A stretch of 54,672 bases of DNA, filler included, from Basidioascus undulatus (lineage: Eukaryota), in NCBI GenBank assembly GCA_000826855.1. It is 3 parts of 3 records of this genome, joined end to end, with 100 filler letters (N's around TTAATTAATTAA, not from the genome) between each part and the next. Parts side by side here need not be neighbours in the genome. Positions count along the whole stretch, not along the records: positions 1 to 18,176 come from JTLS01000481.1; 2 more parts are not named here. One strand, 5' to 3'. The notes below the pieces were generated by a model. The model saw only the letters and a program-made list of their open reading frames with translations, was not told where the DNA came from and did not search any database. This document shows positions 1 to 12,938 of this stretch, piece by piece. The stretch's first letter is position 1. Each line of letters begins with the position of its first letter. The translations under genes were made by a program, and so were the position numbers.

Positions 1-135
1 TGTTGCTGATGCTGCTGCGTTGGCTGTGGCTGGGGGCCTGCGCGGGGGCCATGCTCGGGTGGTGTTGGTGGTGGGGGTGGTGATGGTGCGAGTACGACGC
101 CGGTGGGGACGGGCGGAACGGCGGGTGGTGCATCT
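1..135 (-). CDS. Possible 5' end of a low-complexity His/Pro/Gln-rich protein running off the window edge
   Basis: Minus strand reads MHHPPFRPSPPASYSHHHHPHHQHHPSMAPAQAPSHSQRSSISN, open to the window edge; no domain recognised. Confidence 0.35.
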
Positions 136-2149
136 TCGGCGGGGGGAGGCGGAGTCGTACTGGGGCGTAGCAAGGCAAGATGTCGGTCTAGAGGATCAAG
201 ACGCGCTGGGTGGGCGGAAGCGCAAAGGAGCGGGCGGACGGAGTGCCTCAGCGGTACGTCGACGTCGGGGAACCAGCAAAGCGCACCGTCGGCAACAGCG
301 ACGGCGGTGTGCGCAACGACGAGGGAAAGGGGAATAACGAGGATGAGAATGAGAATACGGATGAGAGAGTGAAAGGAGAGGAGAGCCGAGACGCCAGCCA
401 GCCTGCGTCTCTTGTCGCGGTCGAAGCTCTGAAGGCCTCAGCAGCTGCAGCAGCCCGAACAGCACATAGCGAACGCTCAACGCATGGGCCCCGACGCCGC
501 CATCAGCCCCCTGTAACATGCGACTACTATCTGACCAACACCCAAACCCGCCTCCTCCGGAGCCCCCTAGCTCGTATATTTATGCGCTCTGTCCCATCAA
601 AGGAATGCGCGGCGGAACGCAGTTGCTGGCAAGCACTTTTTGGAACGCTGCGGAACGCTGAGGGCTGGTTGGTTGCTTGTTTGCCCCGTTGGATTCTCAG
701 GCTATTAGAATGTGAAAAATGGCATTCTCCTCCCAGTCGTTGGGGCAGCCCTCTGTTTCGCATGCCAGCCCAGCAGCAGAAGAGTGTCAGCCGTCGATCG
801 CGACGTCCAGACCCGTCCGCGACTGCAAGAGACACGCGTTTCAGCGCGTCTGCCTCAAGTCAAACCGACGCGTTCTGGCCCTCGAGGGCAGCTCCTCAGA
901 TCGTCCGACTTCAGCCTTCCAGACCTCCTCCTCATTCCTCCTCCCCGACGATACGAGGAAACCTGTCACGCTTGAGCTTTCTCCTGGTCTCAGGGGAGAG
1001 CGGAAGGGGTCAAAGAAGAGGTTGGTTTTCAGGTTGGAGGAGAGGTTCAAATGGAGGAGGTTGGTGCCGCAAGGTGCTTCCCTGCAGTCCATTTTTACCA
1101 GCGGAGTTTTGAGGACCCTAGGCATAGTCGAGCAGGGTTGATCTTGATTGACCATCGAAACGCGTTCGACCCCTTCCACTTTTCATCATGATGAACGGCA
1201 GAGTCGCTGCGACGCACGCAGCACGTCAATCTGTTCCTTCCTTCTATCCCGTCCACCCTTCTCTTCCATCGCTCCCATCCTTCCCAACCACAACCCCAAT
1301 CTTCCATCCAACTATACACAGAGAACTCATGTCTGAGTCGAAACACTCCAGCACAAGCGCTCAGATTGATATCCTGTCCTCCTGTTCGGCTGTTGTATAG
1401 CAAAGACCGACGGAATACCTTTGTGGCTTTGAACCCTTTCGACCTATTCTTTCTCTGCCTTCGGGCTCTTCGCTTCCGTACTGAGTACTGTCTGCCCGAG
1501 AGGCAAACGTCTGTCCGCTTCCAATGAATCCAAGTCCGACCCGACCAAGACGTTCGGACGTCTTCCGATTTGTACTCAATCGCACAGGGCACTGGCAACT
1601 GGGACCCTATATATTAATGCACAGGAGCCAGTGTTCAGACTTCAAAGATCTCCCAAAATCAGCTGCATATACGGGGGTCCGTGCCAGCAAGTACCAGCCT
1701 CCAAGTGCAAGAGCGTTGAAAAATCAGTCTCGGCGCGGTCGCGCGTGTCCGACTGAGCGGCCTGGGATGGACACTGTGCTACAATGGGCACCCTATCCAC
1801 ACCTCCAACACCCGACATAAGAAATATTGACCACTGGGAGTCGAACGCATCGCCATTCAATGCACAGGACATGTTCCCGCTGCGCCCCGAAGGCTTTCCT
1901 GGCGAGGGAGCTGCAGCTGGCTCGAGTCGTTGCCCTCAACACAGCAATTTGCCAGCTTCTTACAGTACAGAAGCATGTGTTTCACTGGTAGAGACTACAT
2001 TTTCGGTCTTTGACGAGAAACGCTCACTTTGCGTTTAGCTCAATGCTCACAGTTGGACCGGGACCGACTATTGACGAGTGACGTGAGCCGAGTTCTGCTT
2101 ATGGCTGCTGATGCTAATGCAATAGGATATTTTTTTTCTTTTGAAACGC

Positions 2150-2673
2150 TCAGCCCTCCAGCACAGCCCTCCCCATGGTCTCCCCCAGGGCCTTCTCCGC
2201 CTCTTCCCGTGGAACTATCGTGTACGAGGACGGCTCGAAGCGGCGCGGGTTTCCGCTGACGGGCAGAAGGTTGATGACGAGCGCCTGCTTGGAGCCGTTG
2301 CTAGGGCTCTCGCGGAGCTCCAGGGCGCGACACACCGCAAAGAAGAGAGCGTCTCTGTGCCTGGTAGACCACTTGCGGAGCGCGTTCCAGACGGGCGCGA
2401 GCGGCCGCGACGAGCTTGCATCCGTCCTTGTGCGCCGGCCAGTCCGCCTGCTGACATGCCACAGAGCAATACACGACTGTGAGGAGGTAAGGATGTCAAG
2501 GAACTGGTCTGCTACCCCCTTTGGGGGGGTGGGGTGAGTGGGAGGCTTACCCTGCCTGCACTGCCCGCACACGCTGAACTTCGGGCCTCCTCCGGGCCCA
2601 GCTTAAAACACTTATGGCAGGGGGCATGATGACGGTATGTCTTCAAGTGGTCTGAAATCAAGCCCAAAGACAT
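2150..2673 (-). pseudogene. MYND zinc-finger protein, apparently frameshifted
   Basis: CHKC...(frame change)...FSVCGQCRQ, intron with GTAAGC donor, then VYCSVACQQADWPAHKDGCK; a second frame change is needed to reach WNALRKWSTRHRDALFFAVCRALEL. Confidence 0.65.
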
Positions 2674-2799
2674 GTCGTGGGGGCTTGGTCGTGCTTGAGA
2701 AAGACCGGAAGGACTGGTGGTGGTGGAAGGAGAACGGCGACGGCGAAGGCGAAGGACGGTGACCGCGACGGCGACCGCTGCGGCTGACCCGAATCGGGC

Positions 2800-3655
2800 G
2801 GAAGACCAAGGGCGCTTCGTTGCAGGGGTATCCCTCCCTAAAAACCACTGAGAGTTCGGACAAACGAATTGCACTTGCACGGACATGCCCCCCCTGACAA
2901 AGCTGTCGAGCCACTGGCGTCCATGGTCCTTGTCCCGTACAAAAAGTTTGTCTACATGTGGTTGAAACTTGAGAAGAATTGCTCGTAATTCGAAGAAGCA
3001 CCTCCGAAGAAGCACCTCGACGCAATACGGTATGGCTCGTAGTCGGACAGAATTGACTGTTGGCACGAAGACCCGAGTGATTTTACTTGCTCCTGTCTGA
3101 TGTGTGGTAATGGGGTTTCTTGCTGTGCTTGAGACTCCAAAAGATCCAAGACAGCGCCTTCAATCACCCCCTTTCACATGCTGAGATCTGAAGAAGACGG
3201 AGGAGCGTGAGTGATGATCTCCTTAGGGAGCTCGGAGAGGGGAAATGGTCCGGACACTGTTTGATTAGCGGGTAATGGATGCTGGGTGAGGCAACGTAGA
3301 AGCGTGTTGGCGGTGAGGTCAAGGATAGTGCTCGCGGTCGACCTGAAGGTCCGGGGGGAGGCATGCCAGCCCGGACGCATGAATCTCGCCGTCCTGGAAA
3401 CAAGCCGAGTGTTCCTAGCATACCTGCGTTGCCGAACTTAAAAATCAATGCCCCTATCATCGACCAGTAAAAGTCTTGCTCTTGCTGGGTGATTGGAACG
3501 TGGCTTTCGACAGTCCACGTTCGGGGGGTCTCTTCAGTCTGTTCGAGACGAACGCCACCATGGCAGATTGCTTGGCCGTCTGAAGCCCAATGCAACGAAA
3601 GAAATCCAGAAAACAAACCTAATTTAACAGACACGAACCACCATGCATGGCACAA
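2800..3655 (-). pseudogene. Degraded F-box-like gene fragment
   Basis: PFPLSELPKEIITH F-box-like start within broken ORFs 3174-3380 and 2512-3066; frames do not join cleanly. Confidence 0.3.
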
Positions 3656-3658
3656 TCG

Positions 3659-4865
3659 TCAAAACACATTCACGACAGCAAGGTGCGCAGAATGAGCAGC
3701 GTCATCCAAGAGTAGCCCTTTCTTCGCCAGTACCGCAGCCAACTTTACCATCGCCTTGTACGCGCCGTGAGAGAGGGATTGAAACTCGTGGAAAAAAATG
3801 TCCACCAAAATATTCGTGCTGAGAGCAGGAAGACGCCGTAAGCTCAGATGCGACAAGAAGCGGGGATAGACCGGATGCTGGAAGGGCTACGATCATTGAG
3901 CTTCACCTTGATCACATGGAGAGTAGGGTGACGCAAAGATGCAGCAGTACTTTTAGCGTTGAAGCTGAGTTCGGATAAGTAAATGCCCTCAAGCCTTGGG
4001 CACAGCTGCGCAAGTGCGGAGAAGGAGGTCGGCGGTTCGTTGTGCTCGGCCAGATTGAGCCAACTGAGTTCAGATCGGACTCGGGCAAACAATGATCGCT
4101 TCATTCACGATGTGAACCACAACCCCGCAATCGCCAGGTCCAACTTTTTGGCTGCTCCTCTATCATGCCCACCGTCTCGAACACCTCGGATCTGGGTTTG
4201 TCAATTTCAACCCTCTCTTTCAGTACCTGGGTCAAGCCGACTCTCTGGATCGAGCGACGCCATTTGCCATTTTCGCGGCGCTCCATGCGAGCGCACCGAG
4301 CTTGCGCAGCCTCACAGGCTTTGATGTGACCATTGAGCCCGAGCTTCTTTTTCGTTTCATCAACTCATGCCCACTACTCGAGATCATTCACGGCTCCAAC
4401 AACTAATGCACACGTCCCATTCGGCTCAGGCTCGAAGCCCTCACATGGACAACATCTCAGGACTATGCTGGCGTCTTCACCTACGCTATTTCGCAGTCTC
4501 ACCTACCCGCACTCATATCCCTTCACCTCACACTCAACAGAACCATTATCGCTCAATCTGGAATACCCGTTTACTCGTTAGATGAGCTACGAGGGACATG
4601 AGTTGCTGAAACGAGAAGAGGACAATGTCTTGGTAGATGAGCGGACTAGCGATCTCCTGTCCTTGGAAGTGGCCATCAGGAGGTGTGGAAATACTCTGTG
4701 GAAGAGGAAGAGGCGCACATTCCATTCCTTACACACCAGCAAGACGTTGATTCTGAACGCGTAAGCCGAGGGATAGAACAGGCTTTGCCGTGGAGACCAA
4801 GTCGAGACTCGAGCGATTGCCAAAGCCAAAATAGATGAAAGGACTTCGCGAGGAAACGACGGCAT
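3659..4865 (-). CDS. F-box-like/LRR (RNI-like) protein, multi-exon, possibly degraded
   Basis: MPSFPREVLSSILALA...NVLLVCKEWN, intron, EIASPLIYQDIVLFS; downstream LAQLCPRLEGIYL LRR-like segment. Confidence 0.55.
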
Positions 4866-5315
4866 CGCGTTTCGAGAGGCTGAGGGAGGAACGCGAATTC
4901 GAGGAGAGGATGGTGGGAGAAGAATAAGGGTGGGGAGGACTGGGTACTGCTTGTGAGCTGGGGCAATATGTTTGCGTGGGAGTGCAGCGGAAGGACGAAG
5001 GCCGTTTGACAGGCTGACCACGCGGTCATCCTGGCATCTCAGCGGTGCAGGCGAAGCCTGTTAAATTACGCATGGTTTTGAATAAAAACAAGATTTAGAG
5101 CAGCATAAGGCGTTCTACCCCATTATGGCTTCTCGGCCGAGACCCGTATCGAATATCCAGCTTGCTCATGTTAAGCGAGAAGAAGCAAGAAACAAGGATC
5201 AACGCGTTCGGAAGCGGTGAAAAAAGCTTTGAGTGGAGCCGATACACTCGTAGGGCATGAGGAGTTGGGCACTCTCTGTGTAACGAAACGCACTGCATCT
5301 CCCGCCTCCGGCCCT

Positions 5316-7578
5316 CTATTTCTTACTCCTCACCAGCCCCGTCATCATGTCAAAGCTGTTCCCATCCGGCTGCAGATCGATCGGCTCAGGAGCCTTCCAC
5401 GCGCCTCCTCCCCAGTATCCGAGAGACGACGGCGGGTCGACGGGGTACGTGCGCAGGAGGCCGTGCTCGGGTGTGATGCCCGCGATGCGCACGCGCTGCG
5501 GAGGGGTGGTGTCGACGAGGGTGACCTCTTGGTCGCTGTTTTCATCCGCACCATATCCATCAGTATCCGAAGCCGAAGCGGAAAGAACAGGGAAGAAAGG
5601 GAAAGGACAGGAACGCACGAGTGCAACCACCGCTCGTAGTACTTGTCCTCGAACGGGGCGAAGCCCTGCCGCTCGAACACGCCCCACATGCGCTCGAACC
5701 GCGCGCACACGAGGGCGAGCGTCCGCTCGAGCGTGGGTGCCGGGGCGGTCGGGTCCGCGCGCGCGACGAGGTCCGCGAGGCACGTTGTCGGGCGCGAGTT
5801 GAGGACGTTGAGGCCGCAGCCTATTTGAGGGCGCAAGGGGCTGTGAGAAGACAGGGGAGGGGAGACGAAAGGGAAGGACAGAGACGAACCTATCGTGAGT
5901 GTGAACTCGCCATTCGCAAACTGCGAGTTAACCAGTATCCCCCCGAGCTTCCGCAGCTCCTTCTTCCGCTCCTCGCCCACCACCTCCGCGTACAGATCAT
6001 TAGGCCACTTGAGCCGGACGCCGACGCCAGCCCCGTACCCCTCCTCGATCGCCTCGCATACGGCGAGCCCGACGAGGTACTGTACAAGGACGACGCGCGC
6101 AGCTTGCGATGCCGGCAGGCGCGCGAGGAACGAGAACTGCAGGCATCCCGCGGGGGAGACCCACACGTTCGAGCCGCGCCCGCGCCCGGAGAGCTGGTGC
6201 GATGCGAGCGAGAGGAGGAGGGAAGGGAGGTGAGGGAGGAGGTGCGGGTTGCTGGGTGAGTAAGAGTGGTTCGGGATTAGGGGATCACGGAACGCTGAGG
6301 AGAGGGAAGGAGAAAGGGTAGAGGGGAAGGAAGAACGCACTTGTCCAACAACGTCTGCGTACTCGTCACCGCCTCCCCATAAATCAACAGTTCACCCAGC
6401 CCCGGCCCCTGTCCTTCCCTCGCCCCAATCCTCAACCCAACCCTCTCCCTCGCGCGCCCCAATTCCTCCCAAAACGCGCCCACGTCGAACTTCGGCGTTT
6501 CTGCGCGCCCTGGAACCTGCCCTGGCTCCAGAACCACGATCTCCTTCACTTCTGCATGGAGGTCCTCGTCCCCCGTCCACTTCCGTGAGCGGGCGCGGGA
6601 GAGGGCGGGGTGCAGGGAGGAGGGGGGGAAGAACGTGATGGTGTCGTTCCCGTGTGGGGAAGTGAGGGGGCGGTGGTAGATTTCGAAGGAGTCGGGGGCG
6701 AGTGCAGCTGAGAGCCGAGAGACGAGGGCGTGGATGAGTGTGGGGCGGGAAGGGTGTGCGCAGAGGAATTGGGGGAGGAGGGTGGGCGTTGCTGCCGGAT
6801 CAGGCGTGGACATGGAAGGAAGGAGGCCCAGCACACCGAGCAGCGAGCGCATGAGCGCTACGCGCCGCCGCTCGGTGTCTTCCACCTCCCCTTCTCGCCC
6901 CGCGAACAGCCCTCGTGCAGGCTCCTGCGTGAGCGCGTACTCCGGGTGCGCGCCGCAGAGGACTGCGGTCCCTCGCCCGATGGAGCAGCGCACGGCGGCG
7001 ATCGCGGACGTCTCGGCGTATCGGGCGAGGATGAAGACTTGTGAGGAGGGGGAGGCGGGCGGGACGAACTCGCAGCCGCCGTTGAAGTACACTTCGAGCT
7101 GGGGCTCAGCGGATCCCGCCAGCTCGCCCTCCAGCGCGAGTCGTACCACCCGCGCGCCCGCCTCCGACTCGTACACGAACCCTGGGAATGCCGGCCCCCT
7201 TGCGATGCCCGGCCAGAACCCCAGATCCCTCGCGCCCCGCACCTCCATCCCCTCCTGCCCCACCGCAAACTCGACTTCCTTCGCGGAGAAGTACGCACCC
7301 GCGCAGAGGGCAAGGTACTTCCCGCCCAGCTCGACGTACGCGCGAATGCGGCGTGTCCCCCGGGGGGAGAGCGCGGAGACGTACGGCAGGTCGCGCCCGC
7401 CGGGGAGGACGAGAAGCGCGCAGGTCGGCTCCCAAGGGGAGGTGAGGAGCTGGGAGGGCGTGAGGGGCTGGACGGAGTGCGTGGAGGAGAGGAGGGCGGA
7501 GAGGGTCTGGGTCGTATTGCGGAGAGAGAGGGGGGACACCCCGGGCCCGGAGTAGATGAGTACGTTAGGGCGCGACAT
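5316..7578 (-). CDS. BPL1: Biotin-protein ligase (holocarboxylase synthetase) with N-terminal BPL_N domain
   Basis: NVLIYSGPG, LVLPGGRDLPY, LALCAGAY, GAHPE; ligase motifs GEAVTSTQTLL, QLSGRGRGSNVWVSPAGCLQFS, RLKWPNDLY, KLGGILV, GCGLN; C-terminus LQPDGNSFDMMTGLV; about 3 introns. Confidence 0.96.
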
Positions 7579-8998
7579 AGCGCGAAGGCAGGAGGGGAGG
7601 ATGAGGAGCGGGAGGGAGCTTGGGAAAGGGGAAAGGGAAGCTGAGTGAAATATGAGGAGTGTATAAGTCATGATATGAACTCACGGTAAAATCCCAGAGG
7701 CAAGCCCGCCTACTGCTCGACTGATCGTCCTAATCGAGTGCGAAGTCCGAATGCAGCACAGCTTCCGAGCACGAGAACCGCGAACAGTGGGTTGTTTACT
7801 GCCCCAAGATTTGATGAGTATACAATTCTGCGTATAATTAGAGATGTCTGGCTCACTTCGGCTGCTTGGGGTCTACTAGGATGACGGGAAGGGGCAGAGA
7901 GAAGACGAGCGGGTCACGGGGAAAGCCCAAGGGTAAGCCGGGTTGCCTGGCTCGTGGGACTCGCTGACTGTGCAATTTCACTTTCTGCTGCACGTACTAC
8001 TGTCGCCGATGCTACATTGCACCCGGGATATGTTAAGCGGCCAAAAAAATTAGAAAACAAAATTGTTTTATTTGTCTAACGCCGGAGCTATCACATATTA
8101 TGACTGCGAGAACAGAACGTCGATAATGGTGAAACTGCGATGATTCTCACCCGCAAGCTAGACATTCCCTTTTCTCTCCTCTCATTCCCCAATATATCTC
8201 TCTCTATTTCAAAGTAGACAGTAGTTTGAAAGGGTTGTGGAGCTGACCAGAGTCGGCCGAGGCTGTAGGGGGCTGATACGGGGCCACTACTGCTGCAGGG
8301 CGGCACCGAGCATTCCCTTTCCAGCTCTACCATCTTTCGAGCGCAACACTGCCTTCCATGCAGACATTTGATCACAGTAAAAAGGGGATTTCAAAGATCT
8401 ATTCAGTCATTCCAGCTCGCTGTTCTCTTCACTCCGCCAACAAGCCTTATCATTTGCTGAATGAAGATTTGAACATGCAAAGAACATGCTTGGGAGAACT
8501 TGGTCGCTGCAATCTAATCATAGATTGTCAAACCCGACAAGAATACTATATAAATGGATTTGACTTTCACAGGTCCTATAAGGCAAAAAGGCTCGGAGCG
8601 AGGACAGCTTTAGGCTCGCCAGCTGCCGATTCATCTGCCCCTCGGCCGCTCCCGAGCGAAAAGCAGCTGACTGTAAGAAAACATCTAAGGTGTAGCCGGA
8701 TGAAAGAGCCAGTATATTTTAGTGTTCTTCTGAAGGTATAGCGCTAACCTTGTGCGTACTCTGCACACTCTACATCGGCGCATAGCGCATGGACCGCATG
8801 AAGCAGTCAAACACTCGAAAGATGACCCTCACTTCTGTTGAAAATATGTTTAAATTTTCCAAAGGGTATTGGCCAATGAAGGCCCCGCGGGCGCGATGTC
8901 AGCCGACTCCTCGTGGAGATGCGGCTTGCACCGCGTTTCTGCCACCATCTCGCTCCCCGCTCCAAAACTGCACCTCTTCACTCCACTCACACAACAGA

Positions 8999-9907
8999 AT
9001 GAACATGCGGTACTGCTCAATCGGCTCGCTCCCTGCCGAGGTGCTTCACCTCATCCGCCAACACACGTCGTCGCTCGCCGCGCACGTTGCGCTCGCCCAG
9101 ACGTGCCGCGCTCTTCGCGCCGCCTACGCGGACGAGGAGTTCTGGCAGTGGGCCTGCATGAGCGCGGGGTTCGGAAAGCCCGTCCCGAGAGCCATCCCAT
9201 CGGCGGCAATGGCGGCGGGGGTTGCTCGGGGCGTTCTGAGGTCCGGGGGAAGCAAGGCGGGCAAGGGCGGCATGCTGAAGGCTGCGCTCGACCTCGACTT
9301 AGGTAAGGGAAACAAGATTGCTGGGTGGCTTTACAGATGCCGTGAAAGGACGCTGACAGGTCGGTGCTATTTCCCTTCAGTCAGACTTCCGGCGGCGGTC
9401 CCTCCGGTCTACTCGGCCTCACAACTCGCCTCCACGATGCTCGTCAAACTGTCGCCCATCACGCTCCAGTTCTTCCAATACGCCTCCTGAGAGCCCTCCC
9501 CCTACGAGACTCGCATTATGCGCACCCTGCTCCACCGCATTCTAGCCCAAGCTCTTGCCACAGTCCCCGCGGTCTCCGAGCTCAGGCTCCTGCTGGACAG
9601 AGAGTGCACGCGGACTGGACGGCCGTCGCTGTGAACGAGCGCGGAGTGACGTTTGGCGATGTTCTCCAGGCTGCCTTTCTTTGGTAAGACATATTCATTT
9701 CCGGAGCACAGGGCATGCTTCCCAGCCCACCCTTTCCGAAGCTTATCCGAGCATGTCGAGGAGAAGGCGACGTTTGCTCCACATCCTCCCCTTGTGGACA
9801 GGATTGATCTGCGTTTTTGGGGCGTCAAGCTTGCGTGCCGCAACTGGTCGACGCTCCTCAGCTTCAAAACCTTCCCTCGAAACAGGCTGGTGCGGTTGGC
9901 TTCTTGA
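8999..9907 (+). CDS. F-box protein, possibly disrupted
   Basis: IGSLPAEVLHLIRQHTSSLAAHVALAQTCRALRAAYADEEFWQWAC; later exons (NERGVTFGDVL) need a frame change or bypass of a stop near 9488. Confidence 0.6.
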
Positions 9908-10718
9908 AAGGGTTGGGAGTTCAAGCAGGATTTCCTGTGGGCTGACGTTCGGCACCGCTCGTGCATAGTTGATAGATCAAAGGCGGTACACAGGCAGCTC
10001 CATCACCTTAACAAGTAAGACAAGTTCTTACCTATTCTTACCGACCGTCATGGTAGTCTCTGGGAACGCCTCGACGAGACAGCTGAGCCCGGTACTTGCA
10101 GTGTCGACGTCCGGTTCCATAAGGCAAGGGGGCGGAGGACCCGTACATAACCATCAGTGGATTGGCGCAAGTTGGGGATCATGTGGCGTGGCAATGCCTA
10201 AGCTGAGCTTCCCGTGCCCCTTCGTGCTATGAAGTGGTACCGCATGCCGAGATCCTGACTTTCTTCGTATACGTAGCTGGCATTGCTTTGACGACCCAAC
10301 CCACGCGTACGGGTGTACAGCCTGCAGATAACGTGAATATTCGATATAATACCGCAATGGCGGGGAGATGGCCATGTCAGTTGGAAAGGTCTGGCTGCGA
10401 GCCCGCGATACTTCAGCATCGCGCATTCGCTGCGCACTATGCGACGAGTGCAGCCGAGAGAGACACTGTTTCAAGGTCTCGTAAAACGTATTGAAAATTG
10501 AAGCTGATGGATAGATCTGCAGAACTGCACAACTGACAGTCACGCTGCACACAAGCCAGGCCGTAACCGTCAATCCAAATGTTGCTATCCAAAAAGTTCT
10601 ACTCCTCCATGCCCTCTATCTCAACTCCCGCACCCACGCCCCCTGCTCCTCTCCCTCCTCATCCTCTTCCGTCGCCTCTTCCATCTCCGGCACCCAGTCT
10701 CCGCGTTCCCATTGCAAC

Positions 10719-12465
10719 TCATCGACCATCCAGCATCCTCCAGCTCCTCAGCTCTCCCTTCGACCGTTCGCCGTCGTCCCCCTCCTCCCGCCAAAGCATC
10801 GCGACCTTCCGTCCGTCCTCATGCGCGCGCCCGTCGAGGACGCGCAGCTTCGACAGGGCAGCCGGTGGCGAGCGCAACGGCCCGACGGTCCCGCGCGCCG
10901 TTGGCGGCGTCGCTGTCGTCGTCGTCTGGCTCGGGCGAGGGGTGGGAGACGGCCGCGCGTGCGGATGCTGAAGTTGAGGAGCATCTCGAGCGCTGTGAGA
11001 CGGGAGAGGACGGGGATCCACTTGTCCTGTGCGGGGTTGAGTGAGCCGAACGTTTGTTTTGAAGGAGGAAAGACGACGTACAAGTTGTCGTCAGCGTCGA
11101 CCGTGTATAGCCCGAAATCGACATGCTTCACCCCCGGGGCCGCATCCGCGAGCTCCTCCAGTCCCTCCGGCGCGCAGTCCTCCAGCAAGCAAAAACGATC
11201 TTCTCGACCGTCCCCGCGCGCCTTTCCAACCGTTCCTAAAACGTGCTGATTTCGCTCTCGTCCCGCTCGACGTCAAAGCTTCGCCGTCCAGGACGGCGAG
11301 GACGTTCGGGGAGGAGGAAGTGCGGAAGACGCGGAGGTTGGGCAGGGCGGAGCGGGGCAGGGACGTCAGGTCGAGGGTCCCCTTGGTGGTGTGCAGGTCG
11401 AGGTGCTCTAGCAGCGGGTGGGAGGTGAGGAAGGAGAGAAGGGTGGGTGTGAAGAGGGAGAAGGGCGAGAGCGCGAGGGACATGAGGAGCGGCCATTGGG
11501 TGGTAGGAGAGGGGAAGAGCGGGACGCCGTCGACACAGTGTTCGGTGGTATCGTAGGCTGTGCGTTTACGGCGGTGATGCTTGTAAGTCTAAGCGATATG
11601 GGAAAGAGTCGGGCAGTGGCATGAAGGGAGAAGGCAGGGCGCACAGTAGGACCAAGTCGAGACTTCGTAGATCCGGGCATCGGTTAAGCAGCATATTCGC
11701 CATGCCTTCCAAGTCTGGCTGACAGTCGTTCATGAAGAACTCTAAGCGCACGAGTAGAACTTGAAATGCTCCAAGCCACCGAGCGTCCATATCTGCATCC
11801 CCCAGACGTTCAGCCCACTCTTGCGTCATCCAGCGAAGACGAATGCCCACGAAACGACGCACCCTAGACCCATGGATCGCCTTTTCCTCACCCCCTTCCT
11901 GTGGCGGGCCCTGGAAGTAGTCGTTCACGTCGAGCGATCTCAGCTCCGGACAGCCCTCCCTCAGCGCGTCCCAGAGCTCCTCCTTCGGGACCTCCGCATC
12001 TCTCCACGTAAACTCTCGCAGCTTTGACATCCCCCTCACCGCCCTCACGATCGCATCGGATCGATCGCCCTCCTCGCTGCCTTGCCCCTCCTCCGGGTCC
12101 TCCAGCTCAAGGCACTCCTGCGGCATCGTCTGGAGCTCGTCCCCCTCGCTGATGACCGCGCATTTTCGCACGTCCTTCGCGAGGGCCGGTCGCGCAGCGA
12201 GGTACCCCCACAGCGCTCGCGGGGAGACGGTGCTCTTGATCTCGCGAAAGTCGAATAGATGCGGGTGGATGAGCGCGTGCAGGGTGCGGCAGGTCAGGGA
12301 GAGACGAAGGAGGTCGGATAGGCGCGGGATGTGGGAAATGATGAGGCGGAGGACATCCGGCGACAGCGCAGCGAGACATTTGATCGACTGGCGGAGAGAA
12401 GGACACGTTGGCAATTTAAGCAGAGAAGACCACCAGGACTGCGAAAGAGAGAGACAAGGAAACAT
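10719..12465 (-). CDS. F-box/LRR (RNI-like) protein, apparently with frameshifts
   Basis: LAALSPDVLRLIISHIPRLSDLLRLSLTCRTLHALI F-box; LRR-like CPELRSLDV, CPDLRSLDL, HPLLEHLDL, LPNLRVF. Confidence 0.75.
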
Positions 12466-12938
12466 GGACGCGCTGGCCAATTGCTGGTTGCAGCTGTCAA
12501 CTTACAGCCACATACGCACTGTCACGACGAACCGACACGCAGAGGCAAGCACTTTCAAGGACAAGCTGGGTAGTGTCATGTATAAAGACAATACCTTCCC
12601 TACGCTGAAGATATAACATTGACATCTGGGTGTGGACAGTGCGAAAGGCGTTCTGCTCGCTGTACACTGCATGGTACACTCACAGCTATTCTCACCCGTT
12701 CTTTCGCACACAGTACCACGTTGGCCCATGGAAGTTCTGCAACCAGACAAGTCCAGAACCTACTGCCGGGCTTCAGTGACTTTGTTTACCTCAGGGCCAG
12801 CGGCGAGCGTCAGAAAGGGCTGCTATCCAGCGATGACAAGGCAGTCAGACCAAACAGCATTGCTATAAGTCACAATCAGACATCCCAGGTATGAAATGCA
12901 GGTACAACACGATTCATCTTCTGATATCACGTCCTCTT

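Noticed and set aside
700..1600. Overlapping 100-300 aa ORFs, possibly a stop-riddled relic gene
   Set aside because: No recognisable domain; cannot be distinguished from chance ORFs in GC-rich DNA
5347..7555. Long plus-strand ORFs overlapping BPL1, and similar antisense ORFs over other genes
   Set aside because: Shadow ORFs caused by high GC3 on the true coding strand
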